A stretch of 64,000 nt of DNA from contig OX597818.1 of the NCBI GenBank assembly GCA_951406725.2, positions 7,936,001 to 8,000,000 on the forward strand, read 5' to 3'. Below, piece after piece: positions 26,886 through 41,690 of the stretch (position 1 is the first letter of the stretch; the number at the start of each line of letters is the position of its first letter). The notes under the pieces are model-generated. The model was not told the DNA's origin and ran no database searches. It was given only the letters and a program-made list of their open reading frames with translations. Source of the stretch: Octopus vulgaris (taxonomy: Eukaryota). The translations under genes were made by a program, and so were the position numbers.

Positions 26886-27735
26886 ATTGTTATTACTGCT
26901 ATCGCCATGCCTTTCTTTATACTACACTTTGATTGTTTTGGTGCTGCCTGATCGCTGAGCACTTCTCTTTATACCGAACAATATTCTCTGTATCTCTTTA
27001 TACATCTGGTGCATCTTTCTTTGAAATAGCAATTTGTCCATGTCACTCGCCGCACACGTTCTTTTAAATTCTAATATATCTTTACATTACCCTGAAAATA
27101 ATTAACTGAAACTAGAAAATTGTCTTACTTAACTTGATTGACATAACTACTATACACACACACAGTCACTCACATACACGTAAGTATATATATATATGTA
27201 TGCATGCGTACAAGCATGTCATCAAGCATGGTCAATGCCCTGGCGATCACATTCATTGGGGGACATGTCGACAATGTCTCATTTAACAGGAACAGCAGAG
27301 CACATCACATAACAAGTAGAAACAATAGCACAATTCCCAGTAGCCTAGCAAGTGCTGTGGCACGATGGATCTTTACTCCAAGGGCAGGCATTAATTCATC
27401 TCACTGATAGTGACATTCGACCAGGCTAGGACACTGCTAATGCCACCTAGAAAAGCATCCTAGACTACATCAAGAGAATGACCAATCGACTAATTTTCAG
27501 TCACTTTTAGTCTTGGATCTTTCTCGTCACACTTATCACATCCATTCTCTCCGGTTCCGCACCGATCTTTACGTTTAAATCCTTTTCACGACAATATTCG
27601 CCGCCTGGAAAACTTCTCTCAGCTCTTACTTTTCTGCATTTGTTAACCCGATCCAGTAGAAACAGCATTAAGCTCACTGATCTTGGAATGCGTGCAAATA
27701 CATAGACACTACCTCTGCATTCAGTATTATACATA

Positions 27736-28983
27736 CGAGGGGCGTTCAATAAGTAATGCCCCTGATCCACTTCCCATAGCAGTAGAGCAACGAAACTTGG
27801 CACAGTTATTAGTCTTTTTCTACATAGGAACAACCCAGAGTTACGCATTTCTCCCATCTATTGATGAAGCTCTGGATACCGTTTTCGTAGAAGACCCCAG
27901 CTTGGTCCTCCAACCACGACGTGACTTCAGAAATCAAGGCTGCATCATCTGGGAAACGCTTTCCTTTCAAAAACAACTTCATGGCTGGGAAGAGGTGAAA
28001 AACAGAGGTTGCAAGGTCAGGAGAGTAGGGGGATGGGAGAAGAGTTCATAGCCGCACGCCTGTGCTTCTGATCTGGCGACACGCGAGTTGTGGACCGGAG
28101 CGTTGTCCTGCAAGAGGAGAATGCCTTTGCTGATCTTGCCCCGCCACTTGGTTTTGATAGCTTCTCTTAATTTCCTCAAAAGTGAAGCATGATAGGCTCC
28201 TGTAATTGTGGTACCCTTTGCCAGGAAATCTGTCATCACTACTCCGTCCTGGTCCCAGAAGACTGTGAGCATGACCTTGCCAGCGGAGGGTTGCACCCTT
28301 GCCTTCTTTGGAGGAGGTGAGTCATGGTGCTTCCACTGCATTGACTGGGCTTTGGTCTCTGGATCATAGTGATGGACCCAGGTCTCATCCTGTGTAATCA
28401 GTCTTTTGAAAAATTTTGACTCATCTTCTTGGCACATCCCTAAATTCATCCTCGAGCACTCGACGCATTCTTGCTTCTGGAAAAGTGTGAGCAACCTGGG
28501 AATCCATCTGGCAGACACCTTTTGCATATGCAAATGGTCATGAATGATTGTTTCCACAGACCGGTACTAATCTTGACCTCGTGGGCTATTTAGCGAATAG
28601 TTATGCGTCGATCTTCCAAAATGGCAGCCTCAACTTGACGGACAGATGCCTCATCAATGGCAGAAGGGGTACGACCAGATCTGGGAGCTGTTTCCACAGA
28701 GTTCCGACCTTATTTGAATTCACGATGCCAGCGTTTTATAAGGTCATATGATGGGGTATCATCACCATAAGTTACTTTCATTTCATCAAAAGTTTCCTGT
28801 GGTGTGCGTCATTTCAAATACAAAAACCGGATCACTGCTCGACACTCAACAGGCTCCATTTCCCACTTGACTCATTTCAAACACCTGTAAATCAGAAACC
28901 ACAATTAGTTCGGAGCTGTAATTTGCCATGTAGATCAAACAACGACAAGTGGGTCAGAGACATTACTTATTGAACGCCCCTCG
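27736..28983 (-). mobile_element. near full-length mariner transposon (irritans/Hsmar2-like TIR)
   Basis: 37-bp TIRs CGAGGGGCGTTCAATAAGTAATG(CCC/TCT)CTGA(T/C)CCACTT with TA duplications at 27734-27735 and 28984-28985; element length 1248 bp. Confidence 0.95.
27809..28859 (-). pseudogene. mariner transposase with stops and frameshifts
   Basis: MEPVECRAVIRFL..., ARWIPRLLT, DETWVHHY, LLQDNAP and HPP-[frameshift]-YSPDLA motifs; ends YVEKD*. Several in-frame stops. Confidence 0.92.
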
Positions 28984-29579
28984 TATGTGTGTGTGTCTAT
29001 GTGTCGAGGAGAGGAGAATATGTATATGATGGAGAAGAATATATTTTTATTGTTAAGTGATAAACTACCAACTTCCCAAGAACTACTAAGCATTAACTCC
29101 CACCTCTTGATCCTTCTCCCTCCCTTCTAATAAATTCTAACTTACAACCACTCCTATCTTTTCTCTTCCTCTCCTTCTCCCGACATTTTTTCTCTTTCAC
29201 TCTGTGTAAATATATTTACAGAGTCCCACAATATATTTATTTATTTTATATTAGACCAAAATGTTTTACCCAACTGTACCTCCTCTCCTTTTCTTTAATC
29301 TTAATCTTATTCTTTAACTTAATAGCTTCAAACATTTATCCACTCCTATATATTATTTCTTCAGACATATGTTTTCCTTTTCGTTCTCTCTGTTTTCCAC
29401 AAATCTTCGAAAATATCTCCTGCGAGTAAACAAGGGATCCTTTGACGACAATATAACCCTCGTTTGATTAAAGTATTTTTGGCCTGATGATTAGCTAGCG
29501 GGGTAGCACTCGTTGACCAATTATTATTTCCGAGGTTTTGCTAACTAGATAACATGTGTTGCCTGGATTTTAGCTACTC

Positions 29580-29811
<232 letters not shown>

Positions 29812-30426
29812 ACACCTAATTTCAGAAGTGAAAAACTTTGTTTTGATTAGGGGGTTCAAGATGTGTGTGGTTGCATTTTTTAAAAAAGTATTAAGGAGCT
29901 GAGAGCGAACAATTTCCCTTTGTGATCCGAATTTTGAAATAAGATGTATCGTATAATGTCTCGCAAGCACATTAATGTTCGTCTTAACCGTTCCTAATTC
30001 TACAATGACTACCCACAAAATAAAACAATAGATGCCACAAGCTACACATCAACATCATCACTGCCTTCACAACCATTTTTTTATGCCATCTTTTCTCTGT
30101 CTTTTAATTTCTTTCTTACTTGGAGTGTGTTATCTTAGCGTGACTCAAAACGTAGCTATGTATGAGAGTTTATCGTATTCCTATAATCTACAACACTGTT
30201 CACATCATTACTCGCCGTTTCAATGAACGGCTACTTAATATCTCGGATGTAATCGGGGAAAACCAATGAGCATAAGACTCATGAAATGTATGTTGCCCAT
30301 GTAATTGTCACTTTTAAAAGTGCTTGGTTCCTCTCATATACAATTTTGTATGATGGGTTAAGTTGCAAGTTGAGTTGCCTGCCTTGTGAAACACTTTTCA
30401 CATGTAATACACATACTTAGAGAGTA

Positions 30427-30628
30427 CGACGGGGTGCTGAAAAGTTCCTGGCTTTGGTTAAAAGAACATAGAGGAGGATCAGCTAATTATGATTTTATTC
30501 AACATATTTCCCTCTCAGATTCAGACACTTCAGTTTTGCTTAGCACTGTAAAAGAAATCGGACAGTTGGGCCTCCAGCCAGGCTCTTCATGATATCCTTA
30601 AAGCCAGGAACTTTTCAGAACACCCTCG
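30427..30628. mobile_element. mariner-derived MITE
   Basis: TIRs CGACGGGGTGCTGAAAAGTTCCTGGCTTT / AAAGCCAGGAACTTTTCAGAACACCCTCG with TA on both sides; 202 bp, no ORF. Confidence 0.88.
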
Positions 30629-33600
30629 TACTTGCATACATATGTATGCATATATGAACACAGGCATCCACCCACCCAAACATACATACACAAACACACA
30701 TTTATATAAACACATACAAACTTATATACGTATATACATACATACATACATACATACATGCATACATACATACATGCATACATACATACATACATACATA
30801 CATACATACATACATACATACATACATACATACATACATACACATGCACGTACATACATCGTTGAACTTTACATAAACATAGAAATGTATAAATTTCTAA
30901 TTTATCAGAAATAGTTTATCGGGACAAAATAAAATATGGATGAATGGAAGTTGAGCTCACAAGCGTTGCTCCGAACTATACATGACTTATTTAGAGTATA
31001 CCATATGACTGTATATGTTCAGCAAGCATACGAAATCTATGGAGGCTAAGGTCATGTCAAAAGCCGAGTCGAATCAACATTACTACTGGCAAATATGCAC
31101 TCTTTTAATTAACGCATGCTTCATCTAGTACTGAAATGAGATTCCCAAACTCTTATATTAGACAACTTCATTATTTTTCATATTCCCTATGTAATGTCAA
31201 AAAACTGCCTGTATTTTCTTGTTGATATACCTCAAGGAAACGTGTGGTTGACATATCGCATATCAAACTTGCATTATTCCTGAGTAATAGTTACTATTAA
31301 TTGATCCGTTTACTATCCAATATGTAAATGTAACATTTTATTTTCATATATTTGTTATTCAATGTTGCAAGAATGTTTAAAGAGCATGCAGAAGTGAGCA
31401 CCTTAAATCAATTTTTATTGATGCTTGTGTTTAGATGGTTGTGCGTTGCTACTTATACAAGTTACGAATGAAATTTTATGTTCTCATTTCACAATTAAAA
31501 TAAACATATGGAGGCACTAAATCTATTTGTGGTCAATAAATCTGATTCCATATAACATTTAATAGATCCCGCCCTCGCTCATTCATCAAACATTATAACA
31601 ACTGAAACCAGAAACATATAAATGCTCACCCAAATAATTTCAAATATAACTAACTTAAATTCTTTTGAGCTCATATATTTTGTACCTACTTTAATTTTTT
31701 TTTTTTGCTTTACATCTATTTCTACGTACTTATTAGTAAGCTTTATTGATATTATGAAAGTTTCCACTCAGCTTCTATAAATGAAGCAGCTGAGAATATA
31801 AGACTACTTGCAGTGTATGTTCCATAACATGTGTCTATGAGCATATTTATATTTGTTTCTTTTATTGCTTAATCTTCATGTTGCCATTCTTAATTGTGAC
31901 GACTTATGGCCCATGTTAATGCTATATAGTAATAGTTTCAGTAATTCGATACAATAATCTGGCAATCGATTTAACATAAATAAGTTTAAGATAGCTGTCA
32001 GTATACCTGGAATTTATCTCTGACACCTGTATTTCAAACACCTAGGTTACTAAACATCATCATTGCCGTTAATATATGTGGTGAAACGACTTGTGCAAAA
32101 GGATTGCGTAATGTTTGTCTAACATGGTCATTAAATAATTGTCGAGGAATGCGCGTAAGGATATTATAAATATCACAGAACGGCCAGCCTTGTTTTATAT
32201 ATAGATATATATGCGCACGATGTATATGCACAAATATATATGAATGCATGTGTATGTGTCTAGCTGCATAAGTTTATATGACATCTGAAACAGTGATCTG
32301 CTATTGGTGAACCAATAAGTAAGTATATTTTGTGCATGTTTGGATCATCAGTAACTACATCAAAATACCTACATAGAGTATTGACAGTAGTGGAGCACTT
32401 CTGAATAATTTGTAGTGGGAAAAGCATGACATACCACAAGACTCTTGATGGTCATACTGTGTATATAGGCATGTGCATGTGTCTGTGTATGTAAATTCAT
32501 ACTCAAGCGTTCAAAATACGTAGTGTCTGGATAACTTGCCCTCGCCGTCTGTTTATAGGCTTCAAAAATTTTGTGAGGGCTTCTTTGTCACGCCTAAACA
32601 TGTGCTGCATTAGGTTTATCAATCAATTAATTAGCACTGCTTCACGATGTCTGTGATTGCGATATGTGATATGTGAAGAAACAATAATTTGAACAACTAC
32701 CGGAATAGCAATACCCATAATAGTGTGCGACTTCAAATGCCTAAACGGAAGAGTCTGAAGGTGTCATTCAACCGCTTAGAAACATTTATCAAACATTTAT
32801 ATTCAATCTTAAAAAAATCGGAAAAACTAGTGTAAACCATCAAATGCTCTAAATATATAGAAATAAACATGAAATGCTTCGGTTGAAAGTGTACTTAGTC
32901 ATATTTGCACCGGAGCACAGCAACAATATGCGTTTCATGTATTAGTATCTAATTCTGTTATTCGAAATGGATAAAAGAAGAGAACTCTTATTTAAAAGAT
33001 GAAAATTCGCGGTTTTCGCATGTATGAGAATATGGGCTGAGTTAAAATAGGTCTAACTGAATTAAACTACTTTTAAATCATGTTCTATTCATAGAGTTAC
33101 GGTGGATAAAGAATAATCATTTGCGTTTCATTCGCCTACTAGATTATGTTTTGTCAGAAACACACGAGACGTTTGAAGATGTACGGCAAACTTACAATTT
33201 ATATAATCTTCTACAGTTTCTACGTAACTACATCATTAATGAAACAGAATATCTTTGCAATATTTTCATTTTAAAGTGAAGATATATGTAGGGTTTTGTA
33301 CATAGCAATATCATATATGATGATCCACGAAAGGAAATAATTTTAGAAGTAAAGAAAAGAAGAATAAGAATATATAGAAAATAAAGAAATGATACTTATT
33401 ACCCAATAGAAAATCCCTTAGTCGCATGACATCTCTTTTCGATACTTGAAATATTTTTCATTGAGAATGAATATCACCTGTATTTCCATATGTTTTCGCA
33501 GATGTAACTAATCAGATGCGGATATTATTTTCTGATTGAATTATATCAAGAAATAATGTCTTTTAGTGTGTGTTTCATGTAGAAAAAAAAAAAAACAGAA

Positions 33601-36225
33601 AATAGAGTATATTTGATCGTTTTAGGTCACGCAAGGACACAACTTCGCTTTCACTGATGTTCGACACCAGGTCAGTTTTGATGTAGCAAACATATAAACA
33701 AACATATAACTTCCTTTACTATTTGACGTTTCCTCATATTATGTATGCCATTGTCTACCTACATTATCCAATACGACCCGTTTTCTAAGTGTTTAGTATC
33801 ATTTCACAGCCATTTGGTTATTATTTCTAGCTGCTATTTTTACAACCAATTTAACATTCGCGTCGTTTCAAAGGAAATGATTTCGGGTCGTTGTTGATGC
33901 TTTTGTAGTTTTGCTGACAGTCAAGGCATGACCAACTCCTATTACATTCGAGTATATTTTCGGTGAAACTATACTATCGCAATGTGACTTTATTTTACAA
34001 ATATTGATTGTCATTCAATAGAAACCAAATAGCTACTTTTAGCATGCCATGGGATCTCTCACGTAGTTTGGAAATGTTCGGTGATTATATAGGGGAGAAT
34101 GAAATTATATTACTTGTAAAGTATACTGAGGATAGACATTTAGCAGAATAGCAACAAAAGGGAAATTAGCAAAGGGAAAGAAAAGCGTATATTAGCTAAG
34201 ATTGCAAAATCAGAGAGGAAGTATTTGTAAAAATAATAAGATTGCGGTGGTAGACTAATTTGTTTAATATCTATTTCTAATCATCCGGTATATTTAGTAG
34301 AGATCATTATGCTTCATGCACTCGAGTCAGGTCCTTCGTATGATGATGATCATTTACGAGTGATTCTAACTACTTAATCTACAAAAAACTAGAAACCATA
34401 GCGAAAGGTCAAAAGATTATGTATGGTACTTACTTGTAAGTAAACCATCAAAAATGAAATGAAAAGAGACATTATGGTTTATGAATGCGTTACAACTGAG
34501 AGAAAAGATATAAGGTAAAAGACAAGAAAATGTTGGTGAATAAATAAAGGTATCACGTAAAGATTTTAATGAAAATAATTAAAATATATGAATAAGTTAC
34601 AATGATAAAGAATACGACAAAGAAACGAAATAATGTATGAAAGATAAAAAGAAAGAATTAGACAATTTCAGGGTGAGTGATAGTGGCAGAATGAGGAGAA
34701 GAAAAGGCAATGAAAAGAAGCAAAATAGAAATACTGGAATGGAGAAACTGGGAAAGAGATAAGGAAAAATTTGTTCTAGATGAAGAATAAATTGAAACAC
34801 GGACATTCTCAGAAATAAAAGTGAAAAAAAGGGTGAGGCTATGAGGAACATTAAGCGAAAATATGAGTGTATACGTGTATTTAGTTTTCCGTGGATGTTT
34901 GTGTTCCCGATGGAAGGATAGGAAAATATTTGTGTAGTTAAGAAAAAACAGACAAAAGAATGGTTGTTGCTTTTTAAAAATATAACGGTTGAAGTTCTCT
35001 GCTCGAAAATGGAAGTAGATAAACAAGGAAGGACACTAAAGTAACAGTAAAAGTGTGATACAGCAAATGATAAAATAAAGAGATGAGAGAGTGTGAAACG
35101 TATGTGCAATGGGAGAAAAGTGAATGGCTGACAGAGTATAGGTGACAGCTTGTGTCAATATTTCAGGGTAAAGAAGAGAAAAAAAATAATATGTGAAGGA
35201 TAATGAATAAAGAATGGTTCCCGAAAAAATTAAGAACGCACGAAAGCTTTGTGTAACAAAAACATCTGATTCTATGTATTTAGTTCAGCAGATATCATGA
35301 TGGGTGGGAAGATATTTTGACCCACTTCATACAGCATGTGTTGGCTCTAATCATTACCCCAGTTTACATCTGCTTCTTTCCTCTTCAAAAATAACACTCT
35401 TATCAGAATAAAGAGAACAGGAAAAAAACCCTTCTAACCTTTGCAGCAGAATGTTCTGGCATTCCTCAGATATACTCATTACACTTCCTTGTCTGTTCGT
35501 TCCTAGAAATAAATTTCGATAGTTCCAAATAATAGGGGAAGTCTATCTAATTAAACTTGGAGGTTATCTTGGTTTCCCCCAAAATGTTAAGGCCCCAGAA
35601 CTTTATAACGCAACTGACATTGTAATATTGACGTATGAGGGATGGTATCTGCGCACGCGTGCGGTGATTGTATGTGTGCATGTCTATTTGTGTAAATATG
35701 CGTGCATCTGTATCTGTGTGGGCCAGTCTGTCTGCACGTACTTATTAGAGGTACATATATGTCTCAATGCGTCTACATTAATGTGAAATGTATCCTATCT
35801 ATGTGGAACATAATGAGATAATCCTTTGTATAAGCCTATGTGCATACACACACACTCATATATATACGTGTATGTATATATATGCACATGAATATTTACA
35901 TAACAATATATATATCAGCTCATATATATATATATATATATATAGGCGTGTGTGCAATCATTTATTCATAAATACACAAACGCGCATGAGCACACATACA
36001 TTCACTTACACACATACACATACATATATAATAGTAATATAAAGAGCAGGTGCAATGCTTCACCAATAAGGAGAATAATAATTGTCACTAAACGTGACTA
36101 GGGTGTTAAGAAACACATTGCTAGAAGTACGATCTAGAATGCTCTATTGCTGTAGTTAACACACATGAATGAAATCATATACACTAACAGGGACCTGAAT
36201 CATCTGAAAAATGTCAAACGAGAAT

Positions 36226-36283
36226 TCTTAAAAAGAATACTGACGTCAGTTTCGGCAATTTTTATTTGGCTCATCAGTTAAGA
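36226..36283 (-). ncRNA. type I hammerhead ribozyme motif with a 12-nt palindromic stem III
   Basis: UCUUAA-CUGAUGA-GCCAA(AUAAAAA)UUGCC-GAA-ACUGACGUCAGU-A^UUC.... Core intact; one C.C mismatch in stem II; stem I interrupted. Confidence 0.6.
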
Positions 36284-36324
36284 CCGATCGACCTCTGGTT
36301 ACATGCAACATATGTAAACATCCG

Positions 36325-36355
<31 letters not shown>

Positions 36356-36516
36356 TCTTGTTTTTAGTCGTTTAACTGTGGCCATACTTAAATACTGTCT
36401 GAAATAATTTTTAGTTGAAGAAATCGTCCCCAGGACTTATTTTTTGTCAGCCTAGAACATATTCTACACACACACAGACACGCGCGCGCGCACTCACCCA
36501 CGCACGCACGCACACG

Positions 36517-36548
<32 letters not shown>

Positions 36549-36574
36549 CACATACACACACACACACACACATA

Positions 36575-36916
36575 GATGTTTTCGATCTAGTTTGGATTCT
36601 TTGCCATCAAATTTGAATTCTTTGCAACCTGAACAAGGGGAGATAATAGAAAAAGAATCAGTCGTTTGTTATCTCCCCTTGTTCAGACCGGTCGACGTAA
36701 CGGACCATCCTTTGGTAGAAACTATCGCAGTGTTCATTAGTTATTTCATCGAACTTATTAGATATCAATTGGTGGGCTCTGCTAGACGAGTTAGATAAGA
36801 TAGACATGTCTTCCCTTACGGCTGATGTAGTTTAACTCTCTCTTTTTTCAAGGCTTGAGCACCAATTGAAAAATTCAAATTTGATTGCGAAGAATTCAAA
36901 TTAGATCGAAAACATC
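36575..36916. mobile_element. MITE with ~46-bp imperfect TIRs and an internal perfect hairpin
   Basis: GATGTTTTCGATCTAGTTTGGATTCTTTGCCATCAAATTTGAATT versus the reverse complement of the right end. Internal 18-bp stem at 36629-36646 / 36669-36686. Confidence 0.8.
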
Positions 36917-37079
36917 CAAATCGACCTTCTTCCTTCATTTTCCTTCTCATATTTTTTCTACTCCCAAGGTCATTGGTAATGTGATGAAATGCTGGTGACA
37001 GAGTTAAGAATGATTAAAGCCACTAGATGGAAGTTTGGACGATGGCGGTATGAATATGATGGCCGCTGACGTCTTCACG

Positions 37080-38345
37080 AGTAGGCAGCAGGTTTCCTTG
37101 GTCTAGCTCATGTGTCTAGGCAGCCCTTTTTAGGGAAGTAACTGCCTACCTTAATCCGAAGAACGGCCTAGAAAAGGTGGCCGAAACAAAGGTTGCCTCG
37201 TTCTACGAGTTAAAGGAAACCGCACGTGACAAGTGATCCTTCTAATGTGGTCGAAACATCAAAAGACTGCCAAATGTTCGAATATCAGTACCTTCCTAAC
37301 TCAGAATAACCTAATGGTCTGGTTGCATCGGAGCTGAAACGTTACAACTTGGACATAGAATCTCTTAGTGAGACGTACTTCTCAGAAGAAGGCTTTCTCA
37401 CTAAACAAGGGGAGAAATACACATTCTACTGAAAGGGCGTCTCCGATGGCAACAAGAGAAGTCATAGAATGGATTTCGCTGTGAAGATTTCTATAGCAAA
37501 TAAGATGACAGAATTACCTGTCAGATTGCGTGAACGTTTCATCACATTGCGGCTTGCATTCTCCAAAGGCCGATACTCTACCATAATGAGCTCGCGCCCA
37601 CCTTGGACTTTTTTGAAGAAGCCAAGTTTCAAAAGGTCTTGGAGATTTTACTGTCAGGCTCAGCCAAAGTAATTTCATCTGGCCCGGCATTATTGGTCAT
37701 CATGGCGTTCGTCTTCAAACTATTTGTACCCAACATGGATTTGTCATTAACAACACAGTTTTCCAGTTTCTAACAATCCACAAATTCTCTTTGATGCATC
37801 TTCGACCCAAATTCTGGAACCTTCTTGATTATTATTGTTTGACAAAGTGCTATGAGGCATACCAAATGTTGGACAGACCATTGAATGATCAGATCTCTCT
37901 CTCCTTCGTTTGAATATGAAGTCTCCATTCCGAAAATCGCAGTCTTTTCCTTGTCTTGCCATTGTTGCCCTCTCCAATCCTGAAAAGCGTACACAGCATC
38001 AATGCAGATTTCAAGATCAGCTCTCACCTATCCCAGATCCTCTGGCTGACCTCGCACATGTGGAAATCAAGGACATCTGGGGCTCATCCTTCATTGTTCT
38101 ACAAGATACTGTCAAGGAATCCTCTAGGACAACTACGCATCTCAACCCCGACTGTTTTCAATTAATCAGCCGAGATCATACAAACTCTTCTATCCAAGAA
38201 TATATTTTAACCGACCCGAGCTCAGCAGCTCTTTTTCAAAAATGGAAGGCTGTTAGTTCCACCGCGCAACGTGTCTTCAGGAATCAATGGCTTCGACCTG
38301 AAACAAGCATTCTTTATATGATATTTGTGGTTCTTCTTCACCTTG
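37080..38345 (+). mobile_element. RTE-clade LINE 5' fragment (APE endonuclease), decayed
   Basis: GLVASELKRYNLDIESLSETYFSEEGFL...YTFY*KG...MDFAVK...ERFITLRL...YSTIMS matches the RTE APE signature (ALVARELARY.IDIAALSETR...YTFFWSG...GFAIK...RLMTLRL). Confidence 0.85.
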
Positions 38346-39859
38346 AAAAGTGTCGTGAATAGAAGAGGAACATATGTTCTGCTTTCTTCTATCTAACAAA
38401 GGCGTTTGACACGACGAACTATCCTGTGTTATGACGCTAGCTTCAGACGTTTTGCTGTCCACTGACATTTCTTTTGATTCTCCAGAATTTTCATGATGTT
38501 ACGCAAGTCAGAATGTGGCTTGGAAGCAAGCTTCAATAGATTTGGGGAATTTATTTCAGATTTATTATCCTATAACGAGTAAGAATTACTAAAAATCTCA
38601 TCAGTAAAATTTAAGTAGCTGCATAACAAAATGCTGGTCTATTTAGTTTATCTTTTCAGCATCATCCATGATCTCAATAACGTCGGATGTTTCCCTGCAA
38701 AAGGTTTTTGTTAATTAATTAAAATGTGTATTTTAATCTTCAATAATTTGCATGAGCTGGTGTTGAGGTAAATAGGAGATAATGATTGATATTATATAGC
38801 CTTCTCATTCAGGGAGTTATTCACTCTTTTACTCACAATCTATGCTGAATAAACTTTAATAAACTGCAATATGAATATCCAAACCCAAAGAGGTTACTTT
38901 ACGCAGTATCTGTTTCATAGACAATGCTAGAAAGAAAACACACATTGATAACATAGTTCTGAATAAAGTAGGTTTAAAAACACAAGATAAATTTTGCTAA
39001 CTGTAGCGTCTTTATATTTATGTCCGTTCTGTAAAAGTACGAAACTCCCAGGTGATCGTGTTGGTTTTATTGTGCACCGTACCATATTTTAAGCTGTACA
39101 CCGGTAATGCGTGAAGGTAGTAAAAAGTAACTATTAATCACAGCGTACCAAGAATACTATTACTTACAGCATATAAGAAGGTTCTCCATGGATGAATCTT
39201 TATGACGAGCAAACTTAGATGAAAGTCCTTCCGCTTATCACTAATACATTTTTTGCAATAACTAGAACTACATTATCTAACTTTGCTTTTTAAGACGATG
39301 CGATTTGATTTACAGAAATTGAGCAATTCAAACATTGGCATAAATTTGTTGGTTATCAAAGTTTTACTTCACATAATTCGTGTTGTGAAGTATAAAATAT
39401 CATAAATTTAAAGAACTGTCTGTATTGCATTAAGGTACCATACCTTCAGATAAACAGATTGTGTTGTGAGAGTTGTGTTCGTTACGACTGCAGTGATTCA
39501 CGTTGCTGAAGAGTTAGCTTTCTGTTCATACAATTTCCCGCATACTTCCAAGACTGAGATAATTTTTAGTAAATATAGTTGTTTTAAAATATGCCTGAAA
39601 ATGGACAGGGTGAAACATGAATTCGTACTGTGTCAGCTTGTTATTCAGCACCTCTTAACCCTCTCAGCCACTTTGTTTTCTAAATCCATGTAGCATCGAC
39701 GGAACTTACGATAGTGATTTGGATTAAGTTTGACAATATTTAGTCAATATAATCTGTCTGTATTATGCATTTAAACCTGACTTTGAGTTTATTTCCTTTA
39801 CCGTTGTCAATATAACAGTATAACAATAACGACTAATACTACTACTACTGCTGCTGCTG

Positions 39860-39918
<59 letters not shown>

Positions 39919-41110
39919 GTGGTGGTGGTAATTTTACTAATATTATCTCAGTTGGTTACGAACTCTACAGTGCATAATCTTGTCTGGCGGCTAGACAGAC
40001 AATATCGATATCGAAGGTATTTGTCAAAACAATAACATTTTGTGTGTGTGTGTGTGTTTTTGTCTTTATTCCATTTATACTGTAGAACTGTGTGATGATG
40101 AATGGACACGTCCGACATCTGATTCTTCTATCAATACAATAGTTGTAGTGATGTAGAAATAATGAGCAAATCTGTCAAGAAGGCATAGCTGCAAAAGTAC
40201 ATCGTTGTACTGTTTAGCCGTGCAAGGCATATGAATAATGAGATATCACGAGTGGAATAAAGCTGAGGCGCTATTTCTTTATAGCAACAGATTTGATGAT
40301 AAAGTTTAAATGTAACTTAATAAAATTAGAAATATACAAAGGACTCTGTATCTCTAAAAAGAGTTTACAAAATATTGCTCACTCTAGCATGAAAGAATAA
40401 TTGTTATATAAAAATATTGCATCTAGTTTGGAGTAAACAAATAAAGTATATACGTTTTAGATAATAATATACATTTCACTGTCAAATGCCAAATCTGTTT
40501 TGAGGTCTAAATATAATTTCGAATAGACAATGACATGGCTACAATATCCTGTCATGTTTAATAAATATTAGTACTTAAGTCTGTCCAGATGTAATTGCGT
40601 TGATAGAAACAATAAAGTATATCGTATATTCAGCAACAACACGACGGCAGAGTAGATTAGAAGCCATTTGCAGCTTGCCATCAATGTGATTTGGATACTT
40701 GCAACAATTTAAAATCGAATTTTTCGAATATAGTATGCACAATAATTAGAAAATATGTGGTGGTAAATAAAGAGAAAATAGAAAACATTTATAGTTTATC
40801 TAACGAAATATACTTTCCCCATTTTTAAAGTAATTAAAAAAAACTCAGAGAACTGAGCAAAAATAAACAACGAAGATAGTGAATAGTGATTTTTTTAAAT
40901 GCGCAATGTATGTGGAAATGATGTGTGCGTGTGGGTGATGTGTAAGTGTGTACATAGTTCAATATTTTTGAAGTTGTCTGTAGATACATATCTTAGTCAA
41001 TCACATTCCAATTTAGCCCGATGTTCAAACTTTTGACAATACATAACAAAACAAAAAATGTGAAAATCGGACTGTTTCAATTTGATTGATTAATATTATA
41101 ATCGCTCTAA

Positions 41111-41690
41111 AGCGGCGAGCTGGCAGAAACGTTAGCGCACCGGGTGAAAAGCTTAACGGTTTCGTCTGCCGTTACGTTCTGAGTTCAAATTCCGCCGAGG
41201 TCGACTATGCCTTTCATCCTTATGGGGTCGATAAATTAAGTACCCGTTTCGCACTGGGGTCGATGTAATCGACTTAATCCCTTTGTCTGTCCTTGTTTGT
41301 CCCCTCTATGTTTAGCCCCTTCTGGGCAATAAAGAAATAAGAAACGTTAGCACGCCGAGCGAAATGCTTAGCGGTATTTCGTTTGCCGATACGTTCTGAG
41401 TTCAAATTCCGCCGAGGTCAACTTTGCCTTTCATCCTTTCGGAGTCGATTAAATAAGTACCAGTTACGCACTGGGGTCGATATTATCGACTTAATCCGTT
41501 TGTCTGTCCTTGGTTGTCTTCTCTGTGTTTAGCCCCTTGTGGGCAGTAAAGAGATAGGTATTTCGTCTGTCTTTACGTTCTGAGTTCAAATTCCGCCAAG
41601 GTCGACTTTGCCTTTCGGGGTCGATAAATTAAGTACCAGTTGCGTACTGGGTCGATCAAAATTTCGGGCCTTGTGCCTAGAGTAGAAAAG
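41111..41690 (+). mobile_element. head-to-tail trimer of SINE family A
   Basis: Three copies (41111-41340, 41341-41556, 41557-41690), each containing GAGTTCAAATTCCGCC. 17-bp TSD AATATTATAA(T/C)CGCTCT at 41092-41108 and 41691-41707. Confidence 0.92.

Noticed and set aside
39444-39552. Minus-strand exon-like segment with good acceptor and donor
   Set aside because: Stops in all three frames; cannot be supported without transcript data.
41111-41690. CRISPR-like or rRNA-like repeated units
   Set aside because: The units are ~130-230-bp SINE monomers with no repeat-spacer pattern, in a eukaryotic context.
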